A DNA stretch of 44,115 bases, from UHGV virus genome UHGV-0177176; one strand, written 5' to 3'. The notes below the pieces were generated by a model. That model did not search any database. It was given only the letters and a program-made list of their open reading frames with translations, and had not been told where the DNA came from. A program made the translations under genes and the position numbers. Shown piece by piece: positions 35,646 to 44,115 of this stretch (its first letter is position 1; each line of letters opens with the position of its first letter). The stretch is from a virus.

Positions 35646-36665
35646 ATGGCAGATACTATTTACAAAGCTGGTGACACTCGTCCACATTGGGGTGGTGCGG
35701 CGTCTGACGTCGATATTCACCTGGAGGTGTATCAGAATGAGGTGGATACCCGCTTCCAGTACCAGGCACTGTTCCTGGGCCTCTCTAGCCAGCGCTCTAT
35801 CAGCGGCTCTAATACCTACCGTATCGACCGCCTGAATACTTCTGCGGTGAAGGGTCGTCGTTCCGGTGAGGCACTGGATAGCACCCCGGTCCGTAACGAT
35901 AAAATGATTATCGTAGTGGATACCGTGCTGTACATCCGTAACCCAATTGATTATCAGGACGACTGGACTGGTCCGGACTTCCTCTCTGAGATGGGCCAGA
36001 ACAACGGTTCCGAGTTCGCAGAGACCTTCGACCAGGCGCACCTGATTCAGCTCATCAAGGGCCGTTCCTGGGTTGCACCAGCGCACCTGAAGCCTGCGTT
36101 CAACGATGGTATCGAAGTAGGTGCCTCTATCCTCGTAGCAGGTAGTACTCCAGATAAGCAGCTGACCCAGGCTGAGATGGAAGCTAACGCCATGAACATC
36201 AACCTGGCTCACAAGGCTGGTATTGATGAGCTCATCAAGCGTAAGACCCCGCTGATGGATATGATTACTCTGGTGGACGTAGATACCTACTCCCGACTGT
36301 TGGAGCATCCGAAGCTGTTAAATATTGAGTTCGGCGCGACCAACGACGACGGTTACAAGAACCGCCGAGTTGTGAAGATGAACGGTGTGCCGGTAGTAGA
36401 GTGCACTGAGTTCCCGACCGAAGCTGGTACGCACCCGCTGGGTACAGCTTACACGGTCACTGAGGATGATGCGAAATGCCGTATGGTGACTTTCAGTAAG
36501 TCCAAGACCTTGGTGACGGTAGAAGCCAAACCGTTCACTTCTCGTATCTGGGATGACCAGCGCGAGTTCAACAACGTTCTGGACTGCTACGCGATGTACA
36601 ACATCGGCCTGCGTCGTCCAGATACCGCCGCAGTGACTAAGTTCACCTTCACCACCAAAGTCTGA
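35646..36665 (+). CDS. Major capsid protein
   Basis: 339 aa, located after the scaffold gene. SD AAGGAAAG. Confidence 0.85.
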   Translation: MADTIYKAGDTRPHWGGAASDVDIHLEVYQNEVDTRFQYQALFLGLSSQRSISGSNTYRIDRLNTSAVKGRRSGEALDSTPVRNDKMIIVVDTVLYIRNPIDYQDDWTGPDFLSEMGQNNGSEFAETFDQAHLIQLIKGRSWVAPAHLKPAFNDGIEVGASILVAGSTPDKQLTQAEMEANAMNINLAHKAGIDELIKRKTPLMDMITLVDVDTYSRLLEHPKLLNIEFGATNDDGYKNRRVVKMNGVPVVECTEFPTEAGTHPLGTAYTVTEDDAKCRMVTFSKSKTLVTVEAKPFTSRIWDDQREFNNVLDCYAMYNIGLRRPDTAAVTKFTFTTKV

Positions 36666-36676
36666 TTGGAGGTTAA

Positions 36677-36853
36677 ATGGCAGTAATCGCCGTGTTCGGT
36701 CTGGAGACTCTCCAGGCCAACGCTGCTCAACGTGAGGCGGTAAAAGCCGCCTCTGAGGTAGCGAAGAATATACAAGTAGGTTCGGTTGAATCTGGCCGTA
36801 AAGCTACTAAACGGACCCGTAAGGCGTCTGAAGCAGTAACAGATAAAGAGTAA
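36677..36853 (+). CDS. Small protein (58 aa) downstream of the capsid gene
   Basis: SD GGAGG 6 nt upstream. Below the track cutoff. Confidence 0.45.
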   Translation: MAVIAVFGLETLQANAAQREAVKAASEVAKNIQVGSVESGRKATKRTRKASEAVTDKE

Positions 36854-36895
36854 TGTACGGTTGAACCCGTTACAATCCATTTAATGAGGAATATT

Positions 36896-37219
36896 ATGAA
36901 GAACTTACGTAACATGATTACCGGAGATACCCGCTTAGAGTCTATTATTCGCGACGGCTTAGCGTACGGTACTGAGGAATGGCACAAACGCGCCACTGGG
37001 TATACTACTGCTACAGCCTTTAAAGTGCTAGCTCACGCTATGCAGCGGCAAGGAAAAGCTGTAGATATGTCCGCATATACAGATACTCCTGATAGTCAGG
37101 AGGCTGCTGAGGTATTGGTTGCGTGTAAGCTTGTTGTGCACAAGCTGGGATTAGTGGGGTTTAAGTTCTTTGACGACTCTCATACACTGGTATGTAACGT
37201 GTTCGAACAGGTAGAGTAA
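36896..37219 (+). CDS. Hypothetical protein (107 aa)
   Basis: SD GAGGA. It is followed immediately by a strong terminator. Confidence 0.55.
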   Translation: MKNLRNMITGDTRLESIIRDGLAYGTEEWHKRATGYTTATAFKVLAHAMQRQGKAVDMSAYTDTPDSQEAAEVLVACKLVVHKLGLVGFKFFDDSHTLVCNVFEQVE

Positions 37220-37224
37220 TATGC

Positions 37225-37261
37225 GCCCCTGGTGCCTTCGGGTGCCGGGGGCTTTTTTTTT
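37225..37261 (+). terminator. Rho-independent terminator (stem GCCCCUGGUGCC/GGUGCCGGGGGC with UUCG tetraloop, then U9), Tphi-like, after the capsid module
   Basis: Read directly: gcccctggtgcc ttcg ggtgccgggggc ttttttttt. The stem contains 3 G-U pairs. Confidence 0.8.
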
Positions 37262-37306
37262 GTCCCTGTCTTAAGGGTCCTAGGGGTCTTTAATAGAGGA
37301 ACAAAT

Positions 37307-37867
37307 ATGAGAGAATTAGATGCTGTGAACTTGACGTTAGAGGCTCTAGGGGAGTCTCGCGTTATGGATATCAACACTTCAAACCCCAGTGCGGGGCTGG
37401 CACGTTCTGCGCTCGCGCGAAATCGCCGAGGCCTGCTTAGTACAGGTTATTGGTTTAACGTAGTTGAACGAGAGATTACCCCTACTGCTGACGGTTTTAT
37501 TAAGATTCCGTGGAACCAATTGGCTGTGTACGATGCGTGCTCCGACAATAAGTATGGGGTACGCAATGGGAATCTTTACAACCTGGTAGAGCAGGATGAA
37601 TACTTTGATTCTCCCGTTAAGGTTAAAGTGGTGTTGGACCTCAACTTTGAGGACCTGCCGGAGCATGCTGCTATGTGGATTGCGAACTATACCGCTGCGC
37701 AGGTGTATCTGAATGACCTTGGCAGTGATGGCAACTACGCTAATTACGCCTCAGAGGCTGAGCGATATAAGTCCCTGGTGCTGCGAGAGCATCTGCGTAA
37801 CCAGAAGTACAGTACCAGCAGGACCAGATTCGCACGTCGTATCCGTCGTGCACGCTTCGTGATTTAA
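37307..37867 (+). CDS. Tail tubular protein A (gp11-like)
   Basis: SD GAGGA. The size and N-terminus resemble T7 gp11. The track ORF from 37232 is a GTG read-through of the terminator. Confidence 0.8.
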   Translation: MRELDAVNLTLEALGESRVMDINTSNPSAGLARSALARNRRGLLSTGYWFNVVEREITPTADGFIKIPWNQLAVYDACSDNKYGVRNGNLYNLVEQDEYFDSPVKVKVVLDLNFEDLPEHAAMWIANYTAAQVYLNDLGSDGNYANYASEAERYKSLVLREHLRNQKYSTSRTRFARRIRRARFVI

Positions 37868-37876
37868 GGAGGGATT

Positions 37877-40255
37877 ATGGCGCAATCATTAGAGGGCACC
37901 ATTCAGAGTCTGCTCCAGGGTGTTTCCCAGCAGATTCCAAGAGAGCGCCAGCCTGGGCAACTAGGGGCGCAACTGAATATGCTTAGCGACCCAGTGTCCG
38001 GGATACGTAGACGGCCACCAGCAGAGATTGTGTGGAATAGCAGTATCGACAACCCCGGTCTGGACTCGCTTTATACAGAGTATGTTGAACGTGGTACTGA
38101 CGGCAGGCACTTGCTGATTAACACTAGTAATGGTAATTGGTGGTTATTGTCCAAAGATGGTAAATCCATTGTAAACAGTGGGAATGACCCGTACTTCGTA
38201 ACCACGGTAGGGCAGACTTCTATTCAGACCGCGAGTATTGCCGGGTTGACCTATATCCTGAATACGGAGATGGCTCCTAATACTACCGTAGATAACACCG
38301 GGCGTATCGACCCAAGCACTACTGGGTTCTTCTACATCAAGACAGTAGCTTTCCAGAAGCGTTGGGAAGTTACCGTATCCTGGACAGGTGGTTCCGTATC
38401 GGGTTACTATAATGCCCCCGACGCAAGTCACAGTGAATCAGCAGAGTGGATTTCCGCGCCATATGTAGTTAGGGCCCTAATCGACGGGGATCCTAATGGT
38501 CAGGGTATAGGCTCAGCTATTACGGCGGCTGGTGGAAGTATAAGCCGTTTCGAAGGGTATATGTATATATCCGGGCTGCCTAATCTCGTAGTTAGTACGT
38601 CTGCTGGAGACACCTACGCCGTGGCATCTGGGCAGAGTAGAGTCCATCAAGAGCAGGATCTTCCTGCACAGTTGCCAGCAGAGGCCAACGGAACGATGTG
38701 CCAAGTGGGTACAGCTTCAGCTGAGACGGCGTGGTATCAATACAACCACAACACTCGCACCTGGTCTGAGGTTGGGGCTTATGGTAGTATCACTAAAATC
38801 ACTAATATGCCTCGGGAACTGGCGGCTGATGATAACATCATTGCCCGTGAATGGGAGGGGCGTCTCGCTGGGAACGATGACAACAACCAAGATCCCGGGT
38901 TTATTGAGAATGGCTACATTACGGGTATAGCTGCATTCCAGGGCCGCCTGGTGCTGCTTAGTGGTAGTGTAGTGGATATGTCAGCCTCAGGGCTGTATCA
39001 GCGATTCTATCGCTCTACAGTTACATCTCTGCTTGATACAGACCGTATCAGTATTAGCTCAGCATCTGCCCAGGATTCAGTGTATCGTACAGCAGTGCAG
39101 TTCAACCGAGACCTGGTCTTGTTTGCAAATAGTATGCAGGCTGTAGTGCCTGGGTCAGCGGTACTCACCCCTACCAATGCCAGTATCAGCATCACCAGCA
39201 CATACGAGTGCGACAGTAGGGTAACGCCAGTGATGGCGGGGCAGACGGTGATCTACCCGAACAAGCGCAACAACAGCTATGCGGGTATTCTAGAGCTCAT
39301 TCCATCCCCTTATACATCCTCACAATATGCTACGCAGGACGCAACTGTGCACCTTCCTCGGTATATTCCTGGACGAGTGCTGCAGATGCAAAGCTCTAGT
39401 GTAACCAATATGGCGTTTGTGCGTATGTCCGGTCAGCGCAAGCATCTGCTAGTGTATGAGTATATGTGGGGTGGTCAGGACGGTGGTAAGGTGCAAGCAG
39501 CTTGGCACCAATGGACGTTCCCGTATAACATCCTGAGCGTGCAGGCACTTGAGGATGAAGTGTTCCTGTATCTGCAAGGACCTAGCCCAGGTAGCAAACT
39601 ACTGATTCTATCTATGGATCCACGCGAAGGGTATAACCTCGGCATGGAGTACACGAACGCCTATTCAGACTTGCAGACACAAGTCACTGTGAGTGGGGGA
39701 GTGCTGGAGGTGCCTGCAGTGCTGCGTCCAGTGGGTTGGGCAGATACCTACAAAGAGGACTTAATCCTTACCTATCCAGCCAATAGCCCCATGGGGCCTA
39801 CTGAGGTGGGGTTGCAGGACATAGCCGGTACCAACCGACTCAGCGTAGTGCGTGGTGTCCCTGATGGGCAGTATACTATGGGTCGAAGGTACAACAGTAC
39901 GTTCACCTTAACGACACCAGTACTTCGTGACCAGAATGATAAGCTAGTTGGTAGCGGGCATGTGCGCTTGCTGCGTCTGGATGTTGCTGTACGCAACTCC
40001 GGACACTTTGACGTGCACGTAACGGATACTCCCCGGGATGTCGATTGGAGCGGAGAACTTACTGGTATCTTGATGAACTCTAAGGAATTGACGCTGGGGG
40101 AAACCTTGCGTATGGACCTAGCTACTATCACCGTACCGTGCCGTACCAATGCAGACACTACGGAAATCACTTTGTATACCAAAGGCTCTCAGGAGCTGAA
40201 CGTGCTGGATATCTCTTATATCTTGCGCTACAACCAACGCAGACGGAGGATTTAA
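37877..40255 (+). CDS. Tail tubular protein B (gp12-like)
   Basis: 792 aa (T7 gp12 is 794 aa). The N-terminus parallels T7 gp12. SD AAGGAGGG. Confidence 0.88.
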   Translation: MAQSLEGTIQSLLQGVSQQIPRERQPGQLGAQLNMLSDPVSGIRRRPPAEIVWNSSIDNPGLDSLYTEYVERGTDGRHLLINTSNGNWWLLSKDGKSIVNSGNDPYFVTTVGQTSIQTASIAGLTYILNTEMAPNTTVDNTGRIDPSTTGFFYIKTVAFQKRWEVTVSWTGGSVSGYYNAPDASHSESAEWISAPYVVRALIDGDPNGQGIGSAITAAGGSISRFEGYMYISGLPNLVVSTSAGDTYAVASGQSRVHQEQDLPAQLPAEANGTMCQVGTASAETAWYQYNHNTRTWSEVGAYGSITKITNMPRELAADDNIIAREWEGRLAGNDDNNQDPGFIENGYITGIAAFQGRLVLLSGSVVDMSASGLYQRFYRSTVTSLLDTDRISISSASAQDSVYRTAVQFNRDLVLFANSMQAVVPGSAVLTPTNASISITSTYECDSRVTPVMAGQTVIYPNKRNNSYAGILELIPSPYTSSQYATQDATVHLPRYIPGRVLQMQSSSVTNMAFVRMSGQRKHLLVYEYMWGGQDGGKVQAAWHQWTFPYNILSVQALEDEVFLYLQGPSPGSKLLILSMDPREGYNLGMEYTNAYSDLQTQVTVSGGVLEVPAVLRPVGWADTYKEDLILTYPANSPMGPTEVGLQDIAGTNRLSVVRGVPDGQYTMGRRYNSTFTLTTPVLRDQNDKLVGSGHVRLLRLDVAVRNSGHFDVHVTDTPRDVDWSGELTGILMNSKELTLGETLRMDLATITVPCRTNADTTEITLYTKGSQELNVLDISYILRYNQRRRRI

Positions 40256-40257
40256 AT

Positions 40258-40845
40258 ATGTCTATGTGGTGGGCTGTCGCCGCCCTAGCAGGCTCTAAGC
40301 TGCTGGGAGCGGGCGCACAGGTTGAGGTTTCTAAAGCACGTAACAAAGCAGTAATTCAGCAGACAGCGAAGCAGCTCAACGACATCGCGCTGCAGCGTGC
40401 CCAGTCCAGGGACCGGACTGAGGTTGCTCTGTTCAACATTCAACAGCAGAAGCTGCAGGCACAGAGCCAGGTAGGACTCCAGGCTGCGGCGTCTGGTACT
40501 ATGGGGGCGTCTGTCAAGGATGCTGTAGCAACCGTAAACACAATAGCAGACCGTCAGGAATCTGGTATTCGGGCCCAGCAGGCCACTCAGGAAGAGGGCT
40601 ACCGCATGATGGTGGATAAGGCTGTGGACAGCGGGCTAGCCAATATGGACCTGGAGAGTGGGTATGACAAGATGTTTAACGCTGCTTTGGGTGTCGGTGG
40701 GCAGTTACTGGGGCAGTATATAGGTAATGAATTATCCAAAAGTACGCCAGACAGTACCGACACCCCCTCGGAACCTACAGCGGATAATTCATTCTTGTAT
40801 GACCTGTGGGGCAGCAAAGGCAGCAGTAAAGTGCATATATGGTAA
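40258..40845 (+). CDS. Internal virion protein A (gp13/14-like) with N-terminal TM helix
   Basis: SD GGAGGA. MWWAVAALAGSKLLGAGA. Confidence 0.65.
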   Translation: MSMWWAVAALAGSKLLGAGAQVEVSKARNKAVIQQTAKQLNDIALQRAQSRDRTEVALFNIQQQKLQAQSQVGLQAAASGTMGASVKDAVATVNTIADRQESGIRAQQATQEEGYRMMVDKAVDSGLANMDLESGYDKMFNAALGVGGQLLGQYIGNELSKSTPDSTDTPSEPTADNSFLYDLWGSKGSSKVHIW

Positions 40846-40861
40846 ACTAGGAGGGAAGTAA

Positions 40862-43546
40862 ATGCCTGTAATTCAACCCAACCGACAGGGTCTAAATATC
40901 GGCGGCGTGCAATTGCAGGCCAACGAGGTTAACTTGCCCTCTACAGTCGGGGATGTAGTAGTAGACACGTCCAAAGCAAACCGCCTTGCAGCACTCTCTG
41001 GCTTCGTCCAGGACTTCGGTATAGGGTTTGATGCAGCAGTAAAAGAAAATGCAGCAGCAGCCACTGTGCGAGGTGCTATGGATGCCCAGGGTGCAGTAGA
41101 TGCAATGGCCTCTAAAGATGAGGCAGTACAGAAGCAGAATCTATTTGTACGAGAAGCCTACCAGGATGGTTATGTATCTGCTGCGGCCTACGATTCTCTA
41201 GCTAAGTGGCGTACGGATAGTATTACTCGCGCTAAGGAGGCAGCTGAGGCTGGACTGACTGATGAGGAATTCCACCAGCAGGAGCAAGAGCATGTTCAAG
41301 CTATGTCTGACAAGCTCGGTATGTATCTTCCGGATATGTCCAAGCAGTCCGCTACGGCGGTACTGCAACAGCTCCGTGCAACCAGCTTAGCTAACTACAC
41401 GGCCTTCCAGAAAGGTCGCGCAGAGTTTGCAGTAGCACAAGCAGACCGTGCGCTGGACCGTGGGCTCAGCTCCTCCGTTGATGAGTTCTATCAGCGCCTG
41501 GATGCTGGGCAGGGTGCTGCTGCACAGATGTCAATCAAGACAGGACTAGACAGTATACTAGCGGCTGAGCACCTGGATAAAGCCAAGAAGCTGGACCGGG
41601 CCAAGCAGTATCTGGTCAGCGTAGCGCAGCAGACCCAGGACCCGCTAATCATCAACCAGTTGCAGGAACTAGCAACTAAAGAGCTGGGTGTTAACTCAGT
41701 AGACGTCAATGCTGCCTTGTATCAGGAATTTAAACGTGCCGGTACTCAGATCGAGACCCAGGCGCGCTTTGAAATCTCCGATGCAATCCAGTCTCTTGAA
41801 GGGCAATCCCCGGAAGAGCAAGAGCAGACAATGCAGCGTATCCGCAATCGTGTAATTGAGCTATCTGCTACGGATGTACTGAGTCCTGGTACCAGTATGG
41901 AATTCTGGAACAAGGCTCAGACTATCCGAGAGAAGACCGCAGATACACAGGCTTTACGCAGTGCTATCACAGGGAATCTACCTACATCCACCTTAGCTGG
42001 GATGTTCGGAGGGGATCTGGATAAAGCACGTACGCAGGTACTCAAAAGCTTCCCAGACACTCCGGAGGGTAACTTGCAGCTACTAGCTTACGGTAGTAAC
42101 AGCAAGGACTCGTGGGCTACCGATGCAGCGTACAAACGTATGTCTGCGGATATGATGCGTACACTAACCACACTGGATCAGCTTGGCGAGGATGGTGAGG
42201 TTTCTCGTGAGAATGTCAACAGCATCAACTTGTGGGTGCAGGCGTATACTACTAGCAAGGACTTAGGGCAGAGGGCACTACTGTCTGAGATCCCATATGA
42301 GTGGAAAGGTATAGTGCAATCAGCAGTTGCACAGAATCCCAATAACGCAAGCAACACCATTCTGGATGACTTGCGTCGCCAATCCCGTAATAAGGCTAGT
42401 GGACGCTACGGTAATATTCAAAGTAACCCTACGGATAAGATGGTTGACCCGAGTCACACTGCTAACTGGTTCAGCTTCTTCGGTACAGCGGATGCACAGC
42501 GCCAGGAGGCGCGCGCCGCTATGGAGGAAGAATACCGGTACGTATACAATCACAACCCAGAGGCCTTAGTTGGTAAGGATCCCGATGACATTAACACTAT
42601 GCTCAAAGGTAATATCCAAGCCCGTAAGCTAGAGTTGGATATATCTGGGGCTCCTAGGCATGTGTACCTGCCAGCTGGGACTTCTATTCAATCCTTAATG
42701 GGAGATTACAGAGGGGACCAGGAGCAGTTCAAGGCATCTCTGCAACAACAGGTTCAGAGTCAGGTTAACGCCTTAACTGACCCTAGCAACCTTGAGCGGG
42801 TAGTGGTGCAGGCAGCCACAGCAGGTAACTCAGCGCAGAATATGACTGTTACTGTATTCGACAAGAAGGGAACTTTCCAGACTATGTCGGTGAACCTGCG
42901 TGACGTTCAAACCACTGCGCAAGATGCATATAGCAAAGCTCTGGCCGGTGAGATGAAGATTGGCATTGAGCAAGTAGGTGTCCGTCCAGCTACCTTCTAC
43001 GACCATGATAACGGCAGAGTTGTAAGTACGCAGGTCAATGGACGTAATGGGGTAGGTGTAGAGCCATCGCTATTCAGTGAGATTCTCGCCAATACCATGC
43101 AGTTTGAAGGGTTCCGGGAAGGTAAAGGTAACGGCAGTGTAGGTTTTGGTCTGCACAACAACTCCGGTATGCCTGTTCCGAAGAAGGTTACTATCGACGA
43201 TGGTATCAGCATTCTGAAATCCTCTCTGGAGCAGCAATATATCCCGAACGTGAACAAGCAACTGCGCGGGCAGGGCCTAAGTGCTTCTGCGGATGCTATG
43301 AAGGTCATGGTTGACTTGAACTATCATGGCGGCAACGGGAGTTCTGGCCCTGTAGCAGAGGCCGTGGCACAGGTACGTAAGGCATCTAAGACCCCTGTAG
43401 GGGCTTACCAGTATCCTGTATCTGAGGCCCAAGGTAAGGCTTGGCAAGCACTGCGCAATACTCCAGCTTACAAGCAGGCACAGCCTAAACGTAAGAAATA
43501 TCTGGAGCAAGGACTACGTAACTGGATGTTTGAGGTAACACACTAA
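40862..43546 (+). CDS. Internal virion protein B (gp15 / phiKMV gp36-like, 894 aa)
   Basis: SD GGAGGGAAG. The size matches phiKMV gp36 (898 aa). Position between gp14-like and gp16-like. Confidence 0.75.
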   Translation: MPVIQPNRQGLNIGGVQLQANEVNLPSTVGDVVVDTSKANRLAALSGFVQDFGIGFDAAVKENAAAATVRGAMDAQGAVDAMASKDEAVQKQNLFVREAYQDGYVSAAAYDSLAKWRTDSITRAKEAAEAGLTDEEFHQQEQEHVQAMSDKLGMYLPDMSKQSATAVLQQLRATSLANYTAFQKGRAEFAVAQADRALDRGLSSSVDEFYQRLDAGQGAAAQMSIKTGLDSILAAEHLDKAKKLDRAKQYLVSVAQQTQDPLIINQLQELATKELGVNSVDVNAALYQEFKRAGTQIETQARFEISDAIQSLEGQSPEEQEQTMQRIRNRVIELSATDVLSPGTSMEFWNKAQTIREKTADTQALRSAITGNLPTSTLAGMFGGDLDKARTQVLKSFPDTPEGNLQLLAYGSNSKDSWATDAAYKRMSADMMRTLTTLDQLGEDGEVSRENVNSINLWVQAYTTSKDLGQRALLSEIPYEWKGIVQSAVAQNPNNASNTILDDLRRQSRNKASGRYGNIQSNPTDKMVDPSHTANWFSFFGTADAQRQEARAAMEEEYRYVYNHNPEALVGKDPDDINTMLKGNIQARKLELDISGAPRHVYLPAGTSIQSLMGDYRGDQEQFKASLQQQVQSQVNALTDPSNLERVVVQAATAGNSAQNMTVTVFDKKGTFQTMSVNLRDVQTTAQDAYSKALAGEMKIGIEQVGVRPATFYDHDNGRVVSTQVNGRNGVGVEPSLFSEILANTMQFEGFREGKGNGSVGFGLHNNSGMPVPKKVTIDDGISILKSSLEQQYIPNVNKQLRGQGLSASADAMKVMVDLNYHGGNGSSGPVAEAVAQVRKASKTPVGAYQYPVSEAQGKAWQALRNTPAYKQAQPKRKKYLEQGLRNWMFEVTH

Positions 43547-43548
43547 CA

Positions 43549-43566
43549 GAGGCCCTTCGGGGCCTC
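43549..43566 (+). terminator. Stable hairpin (GAGGCCC-UUCG-GGGCCUC) between the gp15-like and gp16-like genes; partial terminator or RNA stability element
   Basis: Perfect 7-bp GC-rich stem with a UUCG tetraloop. The downstream U-tract is interrupted (CCCCUUAUCAAAAUUCUUUU). Confidence 0.4.
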
Positions 43567-43595
43567 CCCTTATCAAAATTCTTTTAGGAGATAAT

Positions 43596-44115
43596 ATGGC
43601 TCAGTTTCTGAACCAAGAACCGAATCCACAGGAAAAGGATTCTGCTAAGGGCGCAACACTTAAATCTGCGCCTGCAAGCGTAGATTGGAATGATGCAGGA
43701 GATGATGGGCTGAATGCACTGGAGCGTGCCTCTTTACTAGCACAGGCCAAGACTCCTGCTACTACAGCCGCAGAGAGCTTTGCGTCTGGTATGGGTAATA
43801 GCATCATCGCTGCAGCTATCCGTAAAGCCTCTGCCCCGGCATTTGTCCCAGAGCAGGGTTTTGATGCTAAGAAGCAATTAAGCACTGATTCGCGGGCTAA
43901 ACTCTATATCCCTAATCAAGAAGAAATTGATTACTTACATGGAGCAGTGTCTCTGGAGGACTATAACTACCGCATACAGCAGATGCTTGATCAGCGTCAT
44001 CGCGATCGCTTAATGGCTGACAACACAATAGCTGGGTTCGCTGGTGCTATAGCAGGTGACTCCCCGTTTCTCCTAGCTCCGATGTCTGCGGCAGGTATCG
44101 CTGGTCGGACTGGCT
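43596..44115 (+). CDS. Internal virion protein gp16-like, N-terminal 173 codons (continues at window position 1)
   Basis: ATG at 43596 with SD AGGAG 5 nt upstream. The ORF is open to the window end and is frame-continuous with 1-3743. Confidence 0.85.
   Translation, partial: MAQFLNQEPNPQEKDSAKGATLKSAPASVDWNDAGDDGLNALERASLLAQAKTPATTAAESFASGMGNSIIAAAIRKASAPAFVPEQGFDAKKQLSTDSRAKLYIPNQEEIDYLHGAVSLEDYNYRIQQMLDQRHRDRLMADNTIAGFAGAIAGDSPFLLAPMSAAGIAGRTG

Noticed and set aside
36620-36853. T7 gene 10A/10B-style -1 frameshift fusing capsid to the small downstream ORF
   Set aside because: The small ORF is in the -1 frame relative to the capsid gene. However, a TAA at 36674-36676 in that frame lies immediately upstream of its ATG, so no read-through fusion is possible. 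It is treated as an independent small gene.
68-43885. All minus-strand ORFs in the six-frame track. Examples are 2748-3467 (239 aa), 35628-36308 (226 aa), 16368-16949 (193 aa), 21698-22186 (162 aa) and 11994-12194
   Set aside because: Every one lies antisense to a long + strand gene with clear homology or coupling. The genome shows strict single-strand coding, typical of Autographiviridae, and none of these ORFs has an SD. They are GC-rich antisense artefacts.
1-44115. Prophage, integrative-element or defence-island interpretation
   Set aside because: No integrase, recombinase, repressor, att-like tRNA flank, transposase or host gene is present. The gene content is that of a strictly lytic podophage.

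Overview
The window reads as a complete, circularly permuted genome of a T7-supergroup podophage with phiKMV/KP34-type gene order. All credible genes lie on the + strand and are tightly packed, with many ATGA/TAATG overlaps. Gene order across the window is as follows.
- 1-3743: the C-terminal 1246 codons of a giant gp16-like internal virion protein. Its start codon and first 173 codons lie at 43596-44115; the frame is continuous across the window junction.
- 3745-6060: tail fibre with a T7 gp17-like N-terminal domain and a beta-helix domain.
- 6060-8218: small and large terminase.
- 8218-10017: lysis cassette of a u-spanin, a pinholin-like holin and a SAR (signal-arrest-release) GH24 endolysin.
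- 10028-12037: a second beta-helix tailspike.
- 12038-13505: a 1.47-kb ORF-free terminal/regulatory region. It contains T7-left-end-like motifs, palindromes, a G9 run, short-repeat arrays, a 10-bp tandem array, an AT-rich island and sigma70-like early promoters.
- 13521-18607: early genes. These are small ORFs, a ~570-aa zinc-ribbon/acidic protein and an M20-like peptidase homologue.
- 19274-29789: DNA metabolism genes (primase, TTG-start helicase, family-A DNA polymerase, metallophosphoesterase, 5'-3' exonuclease, endonuclease VII).
- 29934-32402: a late-positioned single-subunit RNA polymerase.
- 32426-43546: structural module (TTG-start portal, scaffold, capsid, strong terminator, tail tubular A and B, internal virion proteins).
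No integrase, tRNA, CRISPR or mobile element was found. The most unusual signals are (i) an exact 22-mer present twice, with a third 16-nt copy, which is a candidate phage-RNAP promoter, and (ii) a family of intergenic hairpins showing a compensatory base-pair change.
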